Shown: piece after piece, positions 19,962 to 29,711 of the stretch | Layout: every line of letters begins with the position of its first letter | Position numbering within the stretch: the first letter of the stretch is position 1 | Source: Deltaproteobacteria bacterium | Lineage (GTDB): Bacteria > Desulfobacterota > Binatia > UBA9968 > JAJDTQ01 | Reading direction: 5' to 3' | Assembly: GCA_028818755.1 (NCBI GenBank) | Contig: JAPPNF010000148.1 | Coordinates: 5,514-69,513 of the forward strand | DNA length: 64,000 bases | Made by a program: the position numbers and the translations under genes | The notes under the pieces: model-generated | Databases searched by the model: none | What the model saw: the letters and a program-made list of their open reading frames with translations, nothing else | What the model was told of the DNA's origin: nothing

Positions 19962-20660
19962 TCACACCCCCAACAACCCGACACGGAGGTCGTCGTCGGC
20001 CAGGAGGCCGGCGGCCGGGCCCTCGTGCACGATGCGGCCCCGGTCCATGACGTAGGCGCGGTCGCTGACCTGGAGCGCGGTGGAGGCGTTCTGCTCCACC
20101 ACCAGCGCGGATATTCCGGCTTCCTTGAGGCGCGACACCGTCGCCATCACGTCCTGAACGACCTTGGGCGCCAGCCCCTGGGACGGCTCGTCGAACAGCA
20201 CCAGCCCGGGCGCCCCCAGCAGCGCCCGGCTGATGGCGACCATCTGCATCTCGCCCCCGGACAAGTTCTCGCACTCCCGTTCCATCAGGTGCTCCAGCGC
20301 GGAGAAGATCCCGAACATCTCGCCCAGGGACCAGGACCGGAAGCGCGTGCGCTTGCGGGCGATGGACAGGTTTCGCGCCACCGTGAGGGTCGGGAAGATA
20401 CGGCGGTCGTCCGGCACCCAGCCGACCCCCAGGCGGGCGATCTCGTGGGTGGCCCGGGCCGTGATGTCGCCGCCGTCGAACCGGATGGTCCCCCGCCTTG
20501 CCGGGGTGAGGCCCAGGATCGACCGCAGGGTAGTGGTCTTGCCGGCGCCGCTGGGACCGAGCAAGGCCACCACCTCGCCCTGCGCAACGCTGAGCGATAC
20601 GCCGAACAGCGCCTGGGTCTCGCCGTAGAAGGTTTCTATGTCGGTCACATCAAGGATCAC
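19962..20660 (-). CDS. livF: Branched-chain amino acid ABC ATPase, LivF-like
   Basis: GPSGAGKTT, LSGGEMQM, FDEPSQGLAP, VEQN. Confidence 0.9.
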   Translation of the reverse strand: MILDVTDIETFYGETQALFGVSLSVAQGEVVALLGPSGAGKTTTLRSILGLTPARRGTIRFDGGDITARATHEIARLGVGWVPDDRRIFPTLTVARNLSIARKRTRFRSWSLGEMFGIFSALEHLMERECENLSGGEMQMVAISRALLGAPGLVLFDEPSQGLAPKVVQDVMATVSRLKEAGISALVVEQNASTALQVSDRAYVMDRGRIVHEGPAAGLLADDDLRVGLLGV

Positions 20661-20696
20661 GTCTGTCCTCCCGGGCCACCGGAGTGGACCGGACAC

Positions 20697-20722
20697 GGGC
20701 GGGTTTGAAGCCCGCCCCCTGC
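20697..20722 (-). repeat. GTAG-type REP-like palindrome (single copy)
   Basis: Minus strand GCAGGGGGCGGGCTTCAAACCCGCCC, between livG and livF. Confidence 0.55.
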
Positions 20723-20730
20723 ATCGGGAA

Positions 20731-21483
20731 TCACGGCGAGCCTCCAAGCTCAGCCAGCATCGACCGCTGGACCCATTTGTTCTCCCGCAACTCGTCGGGG
20801 GTGCCGCCGGCGATCACCTGGCCCCAATGGATGACCGAGATGGTATCGGCGAGGCCGAACAGGAAGCGCATGTCGTGCTCGATGACGACGATGGAGTAGT
20901 CGCGTTTCAGATCCAGCACGAGATCCGCGAGTCGCGCGGTGGCTTCGGCGCCCAGCCCTGACGTGGGCTCGTCGAGGAACAGGAGCCGCGGCTCCGCCGC
21001 CAGCGCTACGCCGATCTCCAGCGCGCGCCGCTCGCCGTAGGCCAGATCACCTGCGCGGCGCTGCTCGCGTCCGGACAGGCCCACCCGGGCGAGCACGACC
21101 GCGGCCCGGTCGGCCGCCTCGCCGTCCGTCGCGAGAAGGTCGATCACATTGAAGCCGCGCTCGCGCACCTCCGGCAACGCGATCAGCACATTCTCCAGCG
21201 CGGAGTACTCATCGAACAGGCTCATGGTCTGGAACGACCGCGAAATCCCCTTGCGGGCGATGGCGTCGGGAGACAGCCCGGTAATGTCCTCGCCGTCGAA
21301 GACCACGCGGCCCCGGTCGGGCTTGAACGCGCCGGTGAGCACGTTGAAGCAGGTGGTCTTGCCCGCGCCGTTGGGGCCCATGATGCCGCTCAGGCGGCCG
21401 ACCTCGAACGAGAGATCGATGTTCTCCAGCACCACCTGATGCCCGAACCGTTTGTGTATGCCGCGTGCTTCGAACAGGGCCAC
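20731..21483 (-). CDS. livG: Branched-chain amino acid ABC ATPase, LivG-like
   Basis: GPNGAGKTT, LAYGERR, LDEP, IEHDM. Confidence 0.9.
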   Translation of the reverse strand: MALFEARGIHKRFGHQVVLENIDLSFEVGRLSGIMGPNGAGKTTCFNVLTGAFKPDRGRVVFDGEDITGLSPDAIARKGISRSFQTMSLFDEYSALENVLIALPEVRERGFNVIDLLATDGEAADRAAVVLARVGLSGREQRRAGDLAYGERRALEIGVALAAEPRLLFLDEPTSGLGAEATARLADLVLDLKRDYSIVVIEHDMRFLFGLADTISVIHWGQVIAGGTPDELRENKWVQRSMLAELGGSP

Positions 21484-22620
21484 CTATGACCTCCCGGACA
21501 GACTTTGGTGAACCGCGTCCTTCGACTTCGCTTCGCTACGCTCAGGACGAACGGCGGACACGTCCTTCGTTTCCCCATGCTCGGGACCGACGGCGGACGC
21601 ATCTCCCGTTCGTCCTGAGCGTAGCGGAGCGCCAGCGAAGCGAAGTCGAAGGGCACCGCCGAAGCACTCCTGCCAGACCCCCGCGATGCCCTCGGGCTTG
21701 AACAGCACCGACACCACGAACACCAGCCCGAACCACAGCAGCCAAGTCTCGGTGACGGCGCCGAGGACGTCGCGGGCCAGGAAATAGACCGCGACGCCCA
21801 CCACCGGTCCCCAGAAGCTGACGAATCCGCCGCCGATCAGCGTCATCATGACGATCACGCCGGAGGCGTGCAGGCTCATGACGTCGGGGTAGGCGCTCTG
21901 CTGCGCCATGGAGAAGAGCGAGCCGGCCAGCCCCGCCACCGCCGCGGACAGCGAGAACACCGCCCATTTGAAACGCCACACGTTGTAGCCAACGAAGCGC
22001 GCCCGCTCCTCGTTCTGCCGAACCGCCTGCAACACCTTGCCGAACGGCGAATGGACGAGCCGCCAGAGCGCTACGACGACGACCGCGAGGACCAGGAGCA
22101 CGAAGTAGAAGAGGGCGACGTTGGAACCCAGCGGCACGGACGCCAGGCCGAGCTCCAGCGCCGGGCGCGGGATGTTCAGCAACCCGTCCTCGCCACCCGT
22201 TACGGTGTGCCACTTGATGGCGATGAACCAGAACACCTGGCCGAAGGCGATGGTCATCAGCGCGAAGTAGATACCGCGCCGGTGCGACAGGAAGCAGGCC
22301 ACCACCGCCCCGGCGGCGAACGCCGCCACGGTGGCGAAGGCGATGCCGAGCACGAGGTTCTCGAAAACCCACGCCTGGAACAGACCGAAGACGTAGGCGC
22401 CGATGCCGAAGAAGGCGCCGTGACCGAAGCTCGGCAGACCGGAGTAGCCGAGCAGCAGGTTGAAGCCCAGGCCGTAGATCATCCAGATGGCGATCTCGAT
22501 GCCCAGATACTGGTAGAGGCCGACGGCCCCGATCCACAGCGGCAGCGTCGCCATGACGGCGAACAGCAACACCATCTCCCGGGATATCCAGGCGCTCACG
22601 GCGGAAGGGCGCGCTGCCAT
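21484..22620 (-). CDS. livM: Branched-chain amino acid ABC permease, LivM-like, with repeat-derived C-tail
   Basis: GLPSFGHGAFFGIGAY, TGGEDG, SPFGKVLQAVRQNE, KPEGI. Confidence 0.9.
   Translation of the reverse strand: MAARPSAVSAWISREMVLLFAVMATLPLWIGAVGLYQYLGIEIAIWMIYGLGFNLLLGYSGLPSFGHGAFFGIGAYVFGLFQAWVFENLVLGIAFATVAAFAAGAVVACFLSHRRGIYFALMTIAFGQVFWFIAIKWHTVTGGEDGLLNIPRPALELGLASVPLGSNVALFYFVLLVLAVVVVALWRLVHSPFGKVLQAVRQNEERARFVGYNVWRFKWAVFSLSAAVAGLAGSLFSMAQQSAYPDVMSLHASGVIVMMTLIGGGFVSFWGPVVGVAVYFLARDVLGAVTETWLLWFGLVFVVSVLFKPEGIAGVWQECFGGALRLRFAGAPLRSGRTGDASAVGPEHGETKDVSAVRPERSEAKSKDAVHQSLSGRS
21515..21654. repeat. Repeat family A, paired arms with ~51-bp spacer, inside the livM CDS
   Basis: GCGTCCTTCGACTTCGCTTCGCTACGCTCAGGACGAACGG ... 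CCGTTCGTCCTGAGCGTAGC...GAAGTCGAAGGGC. Confidence 0.9.
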
Positions 22621-22623
22621 GGT

Positions 22624-23544
22624 TCACGCCTCCAGCACGCTCTTGCGCCCCAGCAGGCCACGGGCGCGCACGGTCACGACCGCGATCAGCAGCAGGTACA
22701 TCGACAGCAACGACCACTCCGAGGCGTAGGCCCCGGTGATGCCCACCGCCAGCCCCACCAGGATGCCCCCGAGCACGGCGCCCCAGAAGCTGCCGATGCC
22801 GCCGAGCACGATGATGAGAAACGCCGGAATCACGGCATCGATGCCCACGTGCGGCCTGAGCCCCCAGATGGGGGTCAGCACGATCCCGGCGAGGCCCGCC
22901 AGGCCGGCTCCGAGGCCGAACACCAGCAGGCGCAGCCGGGTCAGGTTGATGCCCAGGGCCCGCACCATCTCGCTGTCGTGGGCGCCGGCCTTGATGATGG
23001 CGCCGTACGGGGTACGCTCCAGGAAGAGCCACACCAGGAGGATGGCAAACACCGCGAACAGCGCGGCGAAGAGCTTGTACTTGGAGTAAATCAGGCCGGC
23101 GAAGAGAAACGCCCCCGATACGGCCTGGGGCACTTGCAGATATTGTTCGGAAGGCCCCCAGACCAGCCGGATGATCTCCTCGATGACGAGAGCCGCGCCG
23201 AAGGTCAGCAGCAGCCCGTATTCGGCCTTCTTGCCGTAGGTCCGGCGCATGCACAGCTCGAGGCCCATGCCCACCACCGCCACCAGCACCGGCGCCAGGA
23301 GGATCGCCAGCCCGTAGCGCATGGCCAGGGGGACAGTGTGGTAACCCTCTCCCACGGCGCCGAGCCAAGCGAGGTCCGGAGCGATGATGACCATGGCGAA
23401 GTAGGCGCCGAGGGCGAACAGCGAACCGTGGGCGAGGTTGATGAGCTCCATGACGCCCACGATGAGCATGAAGCCCAACGCGATCAGCGCGAACAGGAGA
23501 CCGAGGCTGAGACCGTTCAGCAGATGGGGGACCAGATTCGCCAT
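22624..23544 (-). CDS. livH: Branched-chain amino acid ABC permease, LivH-like
   Basis: LIALGFMLIVGVMELINLAHG, IVLGGIGS. Confidence 0.9.
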   Translation of the reverse strand: MANLVPHLLNGLSLGLLFALIALGFMLIVGVMELINLAHGSLFALGAYFAMVIIAPDLAWLGAVGEGYHTVPLAMRYGLAILLAPVLVAVVGMGLELCMRRTYGKKAEYGLLLTFGAALVIEEIIRLVWGPSEQYLQVPQAVSGAFLFAGLIYSKYKLFAALFAVFAILLVWLFLERTPYGAIIKAGAHDSEMVRALGINLTRLRLLVFGLGAGLAGLAGIVLTPIWGLRPHVGIDAVIPAFLIIVLGGIGSFWGAVLGGILVGLAVGITGAYASEWSLLSMYLLLIAVVTVRARGLLGRKSVLEA

Positions 23545-23609
23545 GGCGAATGTTGAGAATAGCATGCCGCCGGCTCCCCCATGGAAACCGGCGGCAGCCA
23601 AAGGGACCC

Positions 23610-24908
23610 TTACATCTCGTAGGTGGGCGTGGCGTCCAGCGACTCCATCTTGCAGGCCGCGTCCGCGCCCTTGTCTCGGATCTCCGCCGGACTCGACTGG
23701 CTCAGCACCTTGAACATGTCGTCGCGGTCCTTGGTGCCAGCGTTGGCGGTGGCCAGGTAGATGGTCTGCTGCATCTGATGGGTCCCGGGGTTCATGAACG
23801 CGTCGTGGTGCTGCATCCGGTCCCGGGCCGACACCTTCAGGCCCTCCAGTTGTTGGATGACCTTCCGGTTGTTGGTGGACCCCGCCCGCTCCACCGCGCT
23901 CATCAGCTCGCGGGTGGCCATGTAGCCGTTGTAGAAGACGTTGCCGGGGACCCGCATCTTGGTATCGGGGTAGGCCGCCTGATACCGCTTCACGAAGTCC
24001 GCGACCCCCGGCAGGTCCAGCTTCCAGTACCAGGTGGTGCCGAACACGCCGAACAGGTTCTTGATGGGCAGGCCGTACACGTCGGGCCAGTCCTGCTGGT
24101 TGTTGATCCACGCCATCTTCTGGCCGAGCCCGAGCTGGGATACCTGCTGGCGCATGGCCTTCTGGTCGTCGCCGCCCACCGCGGCAGCCACCACCTGGGG
24201 AGCCGCCTGCTGGACCTTCAACAGCATGGCGCTGAAGTCGCGCGTGCCCTGCGGCACCAGAATCTCATCGATGATCTCGCCGCCGAATTGGCCCACGAGC
24301 TTGCGGGTGGCCTTCGACGTGTTGTGGCCCCAGACGTAGTCGTTGGTCATCAGCAGCCACTTTTTGCCGTAGGCGCTGATGGCGTTCTTGACCGCGGCCT
24401 GCGCGAAGTTGGTGCCGTTGCCGTCCCACACGAACTTGACGCGGTGGCAGTTCTTACCCGATTCGGTGGGCGAACTCGAGTTCGTGTTCAGGTACACGGT
24501 GCCGTATTTCTGGGCCACCTGCGAGATGGCGTTGGCCACGCCCGAGCTGACGGCGCCGATGAGGAAGGCGCACTCGTGGCGCGTGATCAGGCGTTCCGCC
24601 ACCCTGCTGCCCGTGGCTGGCGTTGTCTCGGTGTCGATGTGGATGGTCTCCACCTTGCGACCGAGCACGCCGCCCTTCTTGTTGAACTCGGAGATGGCCA
24701 GTTGCATGCCCCGCCGGTCGGACGCGCCGGAGTTGGCGTACTGCCCGGATGCGTCGGACGTCAGGCCGATCAGGATGGGCTTGTCGGAGGCGGCGGCGTA
24801 CACGCGATTGTAGCGCCACGGCCCCATAAAGGGGATTGCCGCGACTCCTGCCGTCAGCACCCCGGCCTTCTTCAACAGTGAACGTCTTGTGAGGTTCCTG
24901 CGTGACAT
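23610..24908 (-). CDS. LivK-type ABC substrate-binding protein, Tat-exported
   Basis: TRRSLLK Tat motif, AGGAGG RBS before ATG 24908, periplasmic binding protein type 1 pattern. Confidence 0.9.
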   Translation of the reverse strand: MSRRNLTRRSLLKKAGVLTAGVAAIPFMGPWRYNRVYAAASDKPILIGLTSDASGQYANSGASDRRGMQLAISEFNKKGGVLGRKVETIHIDTETTPATGSRVAERLITRHECAFLIGAVSSGVANAISQVAQKYGTVYLNTNSSSPTESGKNCHRVKFVWDGNGTNFAQAAVKNAISAYGKKWLLMTNDYVWGHNTSKATRKLVGQFGGEIIDEILVPQGTRDFSAMLLKVQQAAPQVVAAAVGGDDQKAMRQQVSQLGLGQKMAWINNQQDWPDVYGLPIKNLFGVFGTTWYWKLDLPGVADFVKRYQAAYPDTKMRVPGNVFYNGYMATRELMSAVERAGSTNNRKVIQQLEGLKVSARDRMQHHDAFMNPGTHQMQQTIYLATANAGTKDRDDMFKVLSQSSPAEIRDKGADAACKMESLDATPTYEM

Positions 24909-24947
24909 CTTCTTGTCCTCCTTTCGTGACATACGTCTTTACTGAAC

Positions 24948-24988
24948 GGCGTCCTTCGACTTCGCTCCGCTACGCTCAGGACGAACGG
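24948..24988. repeat. Repeat family A, single arm (supplies the stop codon of the upstream gene)
   Basis: GGCGTCCTTCGACTTCGCTCCGCTACGCTCAGGACGAACGG. Confidence 0.9.
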
Positions 24989-25929
24989 TGCTGGAACTCG
25001 TCCTCGGGTGCCCGTGTGGTGCCCTGAATTCTCTTCAGGATGGCAAGCCCATTGAGCTTTTCCTGCACGTGCAGCAGATCCCCCACCAAGCCGTTGGCGT
25101 AGCCGAGGTTGAGCCCCTGTATGAGCGCATGCTGAACCGCTCGACCGAGATTGCCGGACAGGGGGACCGCGTCCGCCATCTGGTTGTAGTAGCGGAGGTC
25201 CTTCTCCGCGTTGGCGAGGCTGAAGTTGAGGCCGGAGCAGTCCCCCGACTCGATGGCCTTGGGTACGATCAACTGGAAGATACCGCTGTTGGCCCCGCCC
25301 GCGGAAACGACGTCGGAGAACCGCTTGAGATCGACGCCGGTGGCCGCGCAGGCACACATGGCCTCGGAAATGAGCGCGGCGTAGCCCATGGTGATGAAGT
25401 TGTAGATGAGCTTGGTCTTGTGGCCGGAGCCCACCGGCCCCATGTGGAAGATGTTCTCGCAGCAGGCGTCCAGCAAGGGGCGGACTCGGGCGAAGTCCTC
25501 GTCGTTGGCCCCCACCATGGTGTTGAGACGCCCGGCCTCGGCCTCCGCCGGGGTGCGGGCCAGCGGCGCGTCGACAAACGAGGCGCCCCGTTTGTCCAGG
25601 TCGGCGGCGATCCGCGCGCTCGAAGCAGGCTCGCTGGTGGAGCAGTCCACCACGGTGAGACCGTAGTGCGCTCCCTCCAGCAACCCGTCCCGTCCGTAGA
25701 CGATGCTCTCGACCTCGGGGGTTCCGGTTACGCAAAGGAACACGACGTCGGATTCCGCCGCCAACTCCCAATGGTTACGCAGCTCGGTTGCGCCCAGGCC
25801 CACAAGTTGCTCGATGGACTCCCGGCTCCGATGGGCCACCACGGCGAGGGGATATCCCGCGGAAAGGATGTTTTTCGCCATGCCCCGACCCATCAACCCC
25901 GTACCGGCAAATCCCACCTTCTCCGTCAT
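24976..25929 (-). CDS. NAD(P)-dependent beta-hydroxyacid dehydrogenase (3-hydroxyisobutyrate DH family)
   Basis: GFAGTGLMG, VDCST, FVDAP, GSGHKTKLIYN, KDL. Confidence 0.9.
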   Translation of the reverse strand: MTEKVGFAGTGLMGRGMAKNILSAGYPLAVVAHRSRESIEQLVGLGATELRNHWELAAESDVVFLCVTGTPEVESIVYGRDGLLEGAHYGLTVVDCSTSEPASSARIAADLDKRGASFVDAPLARTPAEAEAGRLNTMVGANDEDFARVRPLLDACCENIFHMGPVGSGHKTKLIYNFITMGYAALISEAMCACAATGVDLKRFSDVVSAGGANSGIFQLIVPKAIESGDCSGLNFSLANAEKDLRYYNQMADAVPLSGNLGRAVQHALIQGLNLGYANGLVGDLLHVQEKLNGLAILKRIQGTTRAPEDEFQHRSS

Positions 25930-25979
25930 GATCGTTCGCCTCCAGGTTCGCACAGATATTCGAAACAGTGGCAGACGTG

Positions 25980-26039
25980 GAATCTGCGTTCGATTGTAAT
26001 ACAGATTCGCTTTTGGATGTCAAGAGTGAATTTTCATTC
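25980..26039. promoter_or_regulatory. Divergent promoter region with candidate RpiR operators
   Basis: GAATCTG-N15-CAGATTC (25980-26008), imperfect palindrome GAGTGAATTTTCATTC (26024-26039), minus-strand TTGACA at 26018-26023. Confidence 0.45.
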
Positions 26040-26135
26040 TCTAAGACCTGGAGGCCCCGTGTTTGAATTTTTGCTCGAACTCTGGGAATGTCGCGGTATG
26101 GGAGCCGGCACCGAAGACGAGAGGCAGGGTAAGGC

Positions 26136-27032
26136 GTGGCGAGCGTAAGACCGCCCAAGGAATTCGACCGGCTGCGCGAGGCGTTTCAGCACCGCTTCGA
26201 GACGCTGAGCCCGCACTTGAAGCGGATCGCCCAATACGCTCTCGAAGATCCCAACCGGTTCGCGCTGCAGACGGTGGCCGAGACGGCGCAGGAGACCGGA
26301 GTCCAGCCCTCCACCCTCATCCGGTTCGCCAAGGTCTTCGGTTTCTCGGGTTTCTCCGAGATGCAGCGTATCTTCCGGTTGCGCCTGATCGAAGGCGCGG
26401 CGCCGTTCCGGGGCGAGATCCACGAGCACCGCGGCGAGCTGCAGGAAGCCGCAAAGGACGACCCCGCCGCAATCCTGAACGGGTTCGCCGACGCCTCAGC
26501 CCTTGCCCTGGATCACCTGAAGACGGACATCGACGGGAACACGTTGCGGCAGGCGGTGCGAATGATGGATGGCGCCAAGTCCATCTACGTCATCGGACAG
26601 CGGCGGGCCTTCCCGGTGGCAGCGTATCTCGCCTACGGCCTCATCAGGCTCGAGTACCGGTGCCACCTGCTGGACTCCGTCGGCGGCATGGTGCCGCAGC
26701 AGGTCGCGACCATGAGGACCGACGACCTGCTGGTCGCGGTCAGCTTCGCCGAATACTCTCCGCCGGTGGTGGACATCGTTTCCGACGCCCACATCCGCAA
26801 GGTCCCCGTGCTCGCCGTCACCGATTCCATGACGAGTCCGCTGGCCCGCAACTCCAGCCTGTATTTCGTGGTGCGGGATACGAGGATGCACCGCTTCCGG
26901 CCCCTGGCCGCGCCCATCGTGCTGGCGCAGTCCCTGATCATCGCCTTGGGCTACTACCGGGATGCGCGCATGGAGCAGGCGGCCGCGGGCGGTCGCAAAC
27001 CCGCTGGCCGGAGAACGCGGCGGCCGCGCTGA
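26136..27032 (+). CDS. MurR/RpiR family regulator (IolR-like)
   Basis: VQPSTLIRFAKVFGFSGFSEMQ HTH plus SIS domain. Confidence 0.9.
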   Translation: MASVRPPKEFDRLREAFQHRFETLSPHLKRIAQYALEDPNRFALQTVAETAQETGVQPSTLIRFAKVFGFSGFSEMQRIFRLRLIEGAAPFRGEIHEHRGELQEAAKDDPAAILNGFADASALALDHLKTDIDGNTLRQAVRMMDGAKSIYVIGQRRAFPVAAYLAYGLIRLEYRCHLLDSVGGMVPQQVATMRTDDLLVAVSFAEYSPPVVDIVSDAHIRKVPVLAVTDSMTSPLARNSSLYFVVRDTRMHRFRPLAAPIVLAQSLIIALGYYRDARMEQAAAGGRKPAGRRTRRPR

Positions 27033-27068
27033 GTCTCCGCACCATCCACACCCCTCACGAGGAACAAA

Positions 27069-27797
27069 TCAGCCTCGAAAGGCGATGATGTACCCTTGGG
27101 CGTGGTCGCCGATGACCTCGCAGCGCGTCTCTCCCCAGGTATGGAAATAGAATGCGGTGTAGGCGCACAGCAGTGCATCCAGCCGGTCCTCAAGGGACTT
27201 AAGGGCCGCGCCCCGCAGTGCCTTGGGGTCTTCGCGGAGCAGATGGGAGAGCGCGCGCGATGGCAGCAGGGGAGGATCCTGGCCGGTCAGGTAGGTTCCG
27301 ATAGCGGTCTGGAACTCGGACAGACCGGCCTGCCGGGCTGAAACCGGCCCTTTCTTGTACTTGATGATCCGCGGCCGCTCGAAGAACGCCACCTGCACGA
27401 GATGCGGAAAGATCTCGAGCTGGCGGCGGCCGCCTCGGCCGGGAAGGAACGGGTTGGACGAGAACCCCCGGCGCCGGAGCTTCCGGCACAGCCGGATCGG
27501 GCGCTCGCAGCGGACCCGGTTGGCCGGATAGACCCCCGCATGATAGCGGCCGAACCGGGCCGAGACCATCTTGTCCGCCGGCCGGGACGTCCCCGGCGGG
27601 TTCCTGGCGATGATGGGGGCGTCGATGCCCAGCCAGACGTCGTTCCCGCCACAGGCCTCCACCCACTCCAGGATCTCCCTATCCGTGGTCAGCCGGTCCG
27701 CTCGCACCAGGCGGCAGCCCGAGCCGTCCGACACGAGATGCGCCAGTCCGGTCGGGTTGCGGTTGCCCCAGGCGAGGTCGATGCCGATGAAATTCAT
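27069..27797 (-). CDS. DUF429 domain protein (RNase H-like predicted nuclease)
   Basis: FIGIDLAW, IDAP, EIFPH, EDRLDALLCA. Confidence 0.8.
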   Translation of the reverse strand: MNFIGIDLAWGNRNPTGLAHLVSDGSGCRLVRADRLTTDREILEWVEACGGNDVWLGIDAPIIARNPPGTSRPADKMVSARFGRYHAGVYPANRVRCERPIRLCRKLRRRGFSSNPFLPGRGGRRQLEIFPHLVQVAFFERPRIIKYKKGPVSARQAGLSEFQTAIGTYLTGQDPPLLPSRALSHLLREDPKALRGAALKSLEDRLDALLCAYTAFYFHTWGETRCEVIGDHAQGYIIAFRG

Positions 27798-27808
27798 GGC
27801 CGCTGTCT

Positions 27809-28402
27809 TCAGCGGCGGCGCAGCTCGAAGGGCGCCTCTTCCCCCGCCATCAGCCGGCGGATGTTCTCCCGGTGGCGGACCACCACCAGGAATCCGATGA
27901 CAAGGTTCAGCCAGACCGTTTCCACCGGATACGACAACGCCCACGCCGCGACCGGACCCGCTACCGCCGCGGCCATGGAGGCGGGGGACACCCGGCGGCT
28001 TGCCAGGATCACCAGCGCGAAGACCCCCAACAGTACCAGGAGGCCCAGCGGCATGACCCCCAGGTAGACGCCGGCGGCGGTGGCCACACCCTTGCCGCCC
28101 TTAAACTTCAGGAATACGGGGTAGAGGTGGCCCGCGAAGGCGGCCAGACCGGCCGCGGCGGCCGCGCCCGCGCCGAGGTCCAGCAGGTGGGCCGCCAGAA
28201 CCGGCAGAAAACCCTTGGCCACGTCGGCGAACAGAGTGACGAGGCCCTTCTTCCAGCCTAGCGTCCGCGCCACGTTGGTGGCGCCGATGTTGCCGCTGCC
28301 GGCGTCGCGGACGTCCACGCCCGAGGACGAGCCCACCAGGAAGCCGGAGGGCACGGATCCCAAGAGATAGGACAGTATCGTCAGTATGATCGGGGCAGCC
28401 AT
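27809..28402 (-). CDS. plsY: Glycerol-3-phosphate acyltransferase PlsY
   Basis: GSGNIGATN, GHLYP, GGKGVAT, HRENI. Confidence 0.95.
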   Translation of the reverse strand: MAAPIILTILSYLLGSVPSGFLVGSSSGVDVRDAGSGNIGATNVARTLGWKKGLVTLFADVAKGFLPVLAAHLLDLGAGAAAAAGLAAFAGHLYPVFLKFKGGKGVATAAGVYLGVMPLGLLVLLGVFALVILASRRVSPASMAAAVAGPVAAWALSYPVETVWLNLVIGFLVVVRHRENIRRLMAGEEAPFELRRR

Positions 28403-28446
28403 GGCGTCGACCCGGCTCGTCGGCCGGCATACTCCCATTCCGGGAC

Positions 28447-28479
28447 AAAAAAAGGGAGGAAGCACGGGGCCTCCTCCCT
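28447..28479 (-). terminator. Rho-independent terminator after the cupin gene
   Basis: Minus strand GGGAGGAGGC-cccgt-GCTTCCTCCC-TTTTTTT. Confidence 0.8.
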
Positions 28480-28498
28480 CTGCCGCAAGGCCCGTTTC

Positions 28499-29596
28499 TT
28501 ATGCCGCGGGCTTCACGTAAACGTTGGGATCCATCCGCGACTCGGCTCCCAGCCTGGTCATGTCGGACTCGAACATCTCGCGAATGTACTCCGGCTGGTC
28601 ATAGTACTCGATCTGGTTCCCGCCGGACTTCACGTCCTTGTCGACCTTGGAGATGTCTCCGTAGCCCTCGCCCATGCTGTGCTTGATGCCGCCGAAACGC
28701 AAGGGCAGATAGCGCGCGCCGGTGGGGCCGAGGTTGAAGTGCTGGTGGAACATCATCTCCGGCGGCACGAACACGCTGCCGTCCTGCCAGTCGTAGCGCT
28801 TGGGCTCCTCGCCTTCCCACCAGAACAACGAGAAACCCTGCCCCTTGATGATGATGACGTTGAAGCCCGGCCCGTGGCGGTGGGCCTTCTTGTAGGTCCC
28901 CACGGGGAACTCGGAGATGTGCGCCGCCATGGTGCCGTCGCACATTTCGAGAAAGACGTTCTTGCCGCCCGCGCCCCGCTCCTTCCACTCCTGGAGGTTG
29001 AAAGTGCGGGTGTCGGCGATGAAGTTGGTCTCCCAGATCCGGCCGGGATGCTGCGTGCCCTGGCTGGAGAAAAAGTCCGGCCGCCCGTCGAAGCGGTCCC
29101 GGAAGTCGTAGGGCGTGTTGAAGATAAAGTCGTCGTTGTGGAACAGGCTGAAGACGATGGGCATGTTGTTGACCGAGAACAGCCGCGCCGGCTTGTCGCC
29201 CTGGCCGTTGAAGTGCTGGTGATGCACGTTCAACGGGACCGAAATGAGGCTCCCTTCCTGCCACTCGAAGGTCTGCTTGGCGCCGTTGTCGTTCCAGATG
29301 GTGGTGGCGCCACGGCCCTGCACCACCAGGATCAGCTCCTCGTAGAGATGGCGCATGGGGTTGAGGCTCTTGCCCGGCGCGATCTCGACGATGTAGGCGC
29401 CCGTGGCATCGCCCGCTCCCTCCATGTTGAACAGGGTCCCGTCACCGCCCATGCGGTCCCACCATTTTAGTGGCACCTCCTTCAGGTCCTTGATGAAGAA
29501 AGTATCGACGACGTCGACTCCCTCGCCCTTCTGCCACTTGTAGAAATAGGGGATGTTGTCCATCGTGGTTTCGATCTCTTGCGCCGGCTTGGCCAT
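28499..29596 (-). CDS. Bicupin protein (gentisate dioxygenase-like cupin family)
   Basis: Two cupin motifs: RHLYEE...HHQHFN and AHRHGPG...FHQHFN. Confidence 0.85.
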   Translation of the reverse strand: MAKPAQEIETTMDNIPYFYKWQKGEGVDVVDTFFIKDLKEVPLKWWDRMGGDGTLFNMEGAGDATGAYIVEIAPGKSLNPMRHLYEELILVVQGRGATTIWNDNGAKQTFEWQEGSLISVPLNVHHQHFNGQGDKPARLFSVNNMPIVFSLFHNDDFIFNTPYDFRDRFDGRPDFFSSQGTQHPGRIWETNFIADTRTFNLQEWKERGAGGKNVFLEMCDGTMAAHISEFPVGTYKKAHRHGPGFNVIIIKGQGFSLFWWEGEEPKRYDWQDGSVFVPPEMMFHQHFNLGPTGARYLPLRFGGIKHSMGEGYGDISKVDKDVKSGGNQIEYYDQPEYIREMFESDMTRLGAESRMDPNVYVKPAA

Positions 29597-29711
29597 GGGC
29601 TCCTCCCAATCTCAATGAAATTCAAGGGGTATCTCTTACATGAGGCGTGTTGAAAATACAACCAACGTCGCGGCGAGGCCCACGGGCAAACACCCGCGAT
29701 CACAGACCGTC

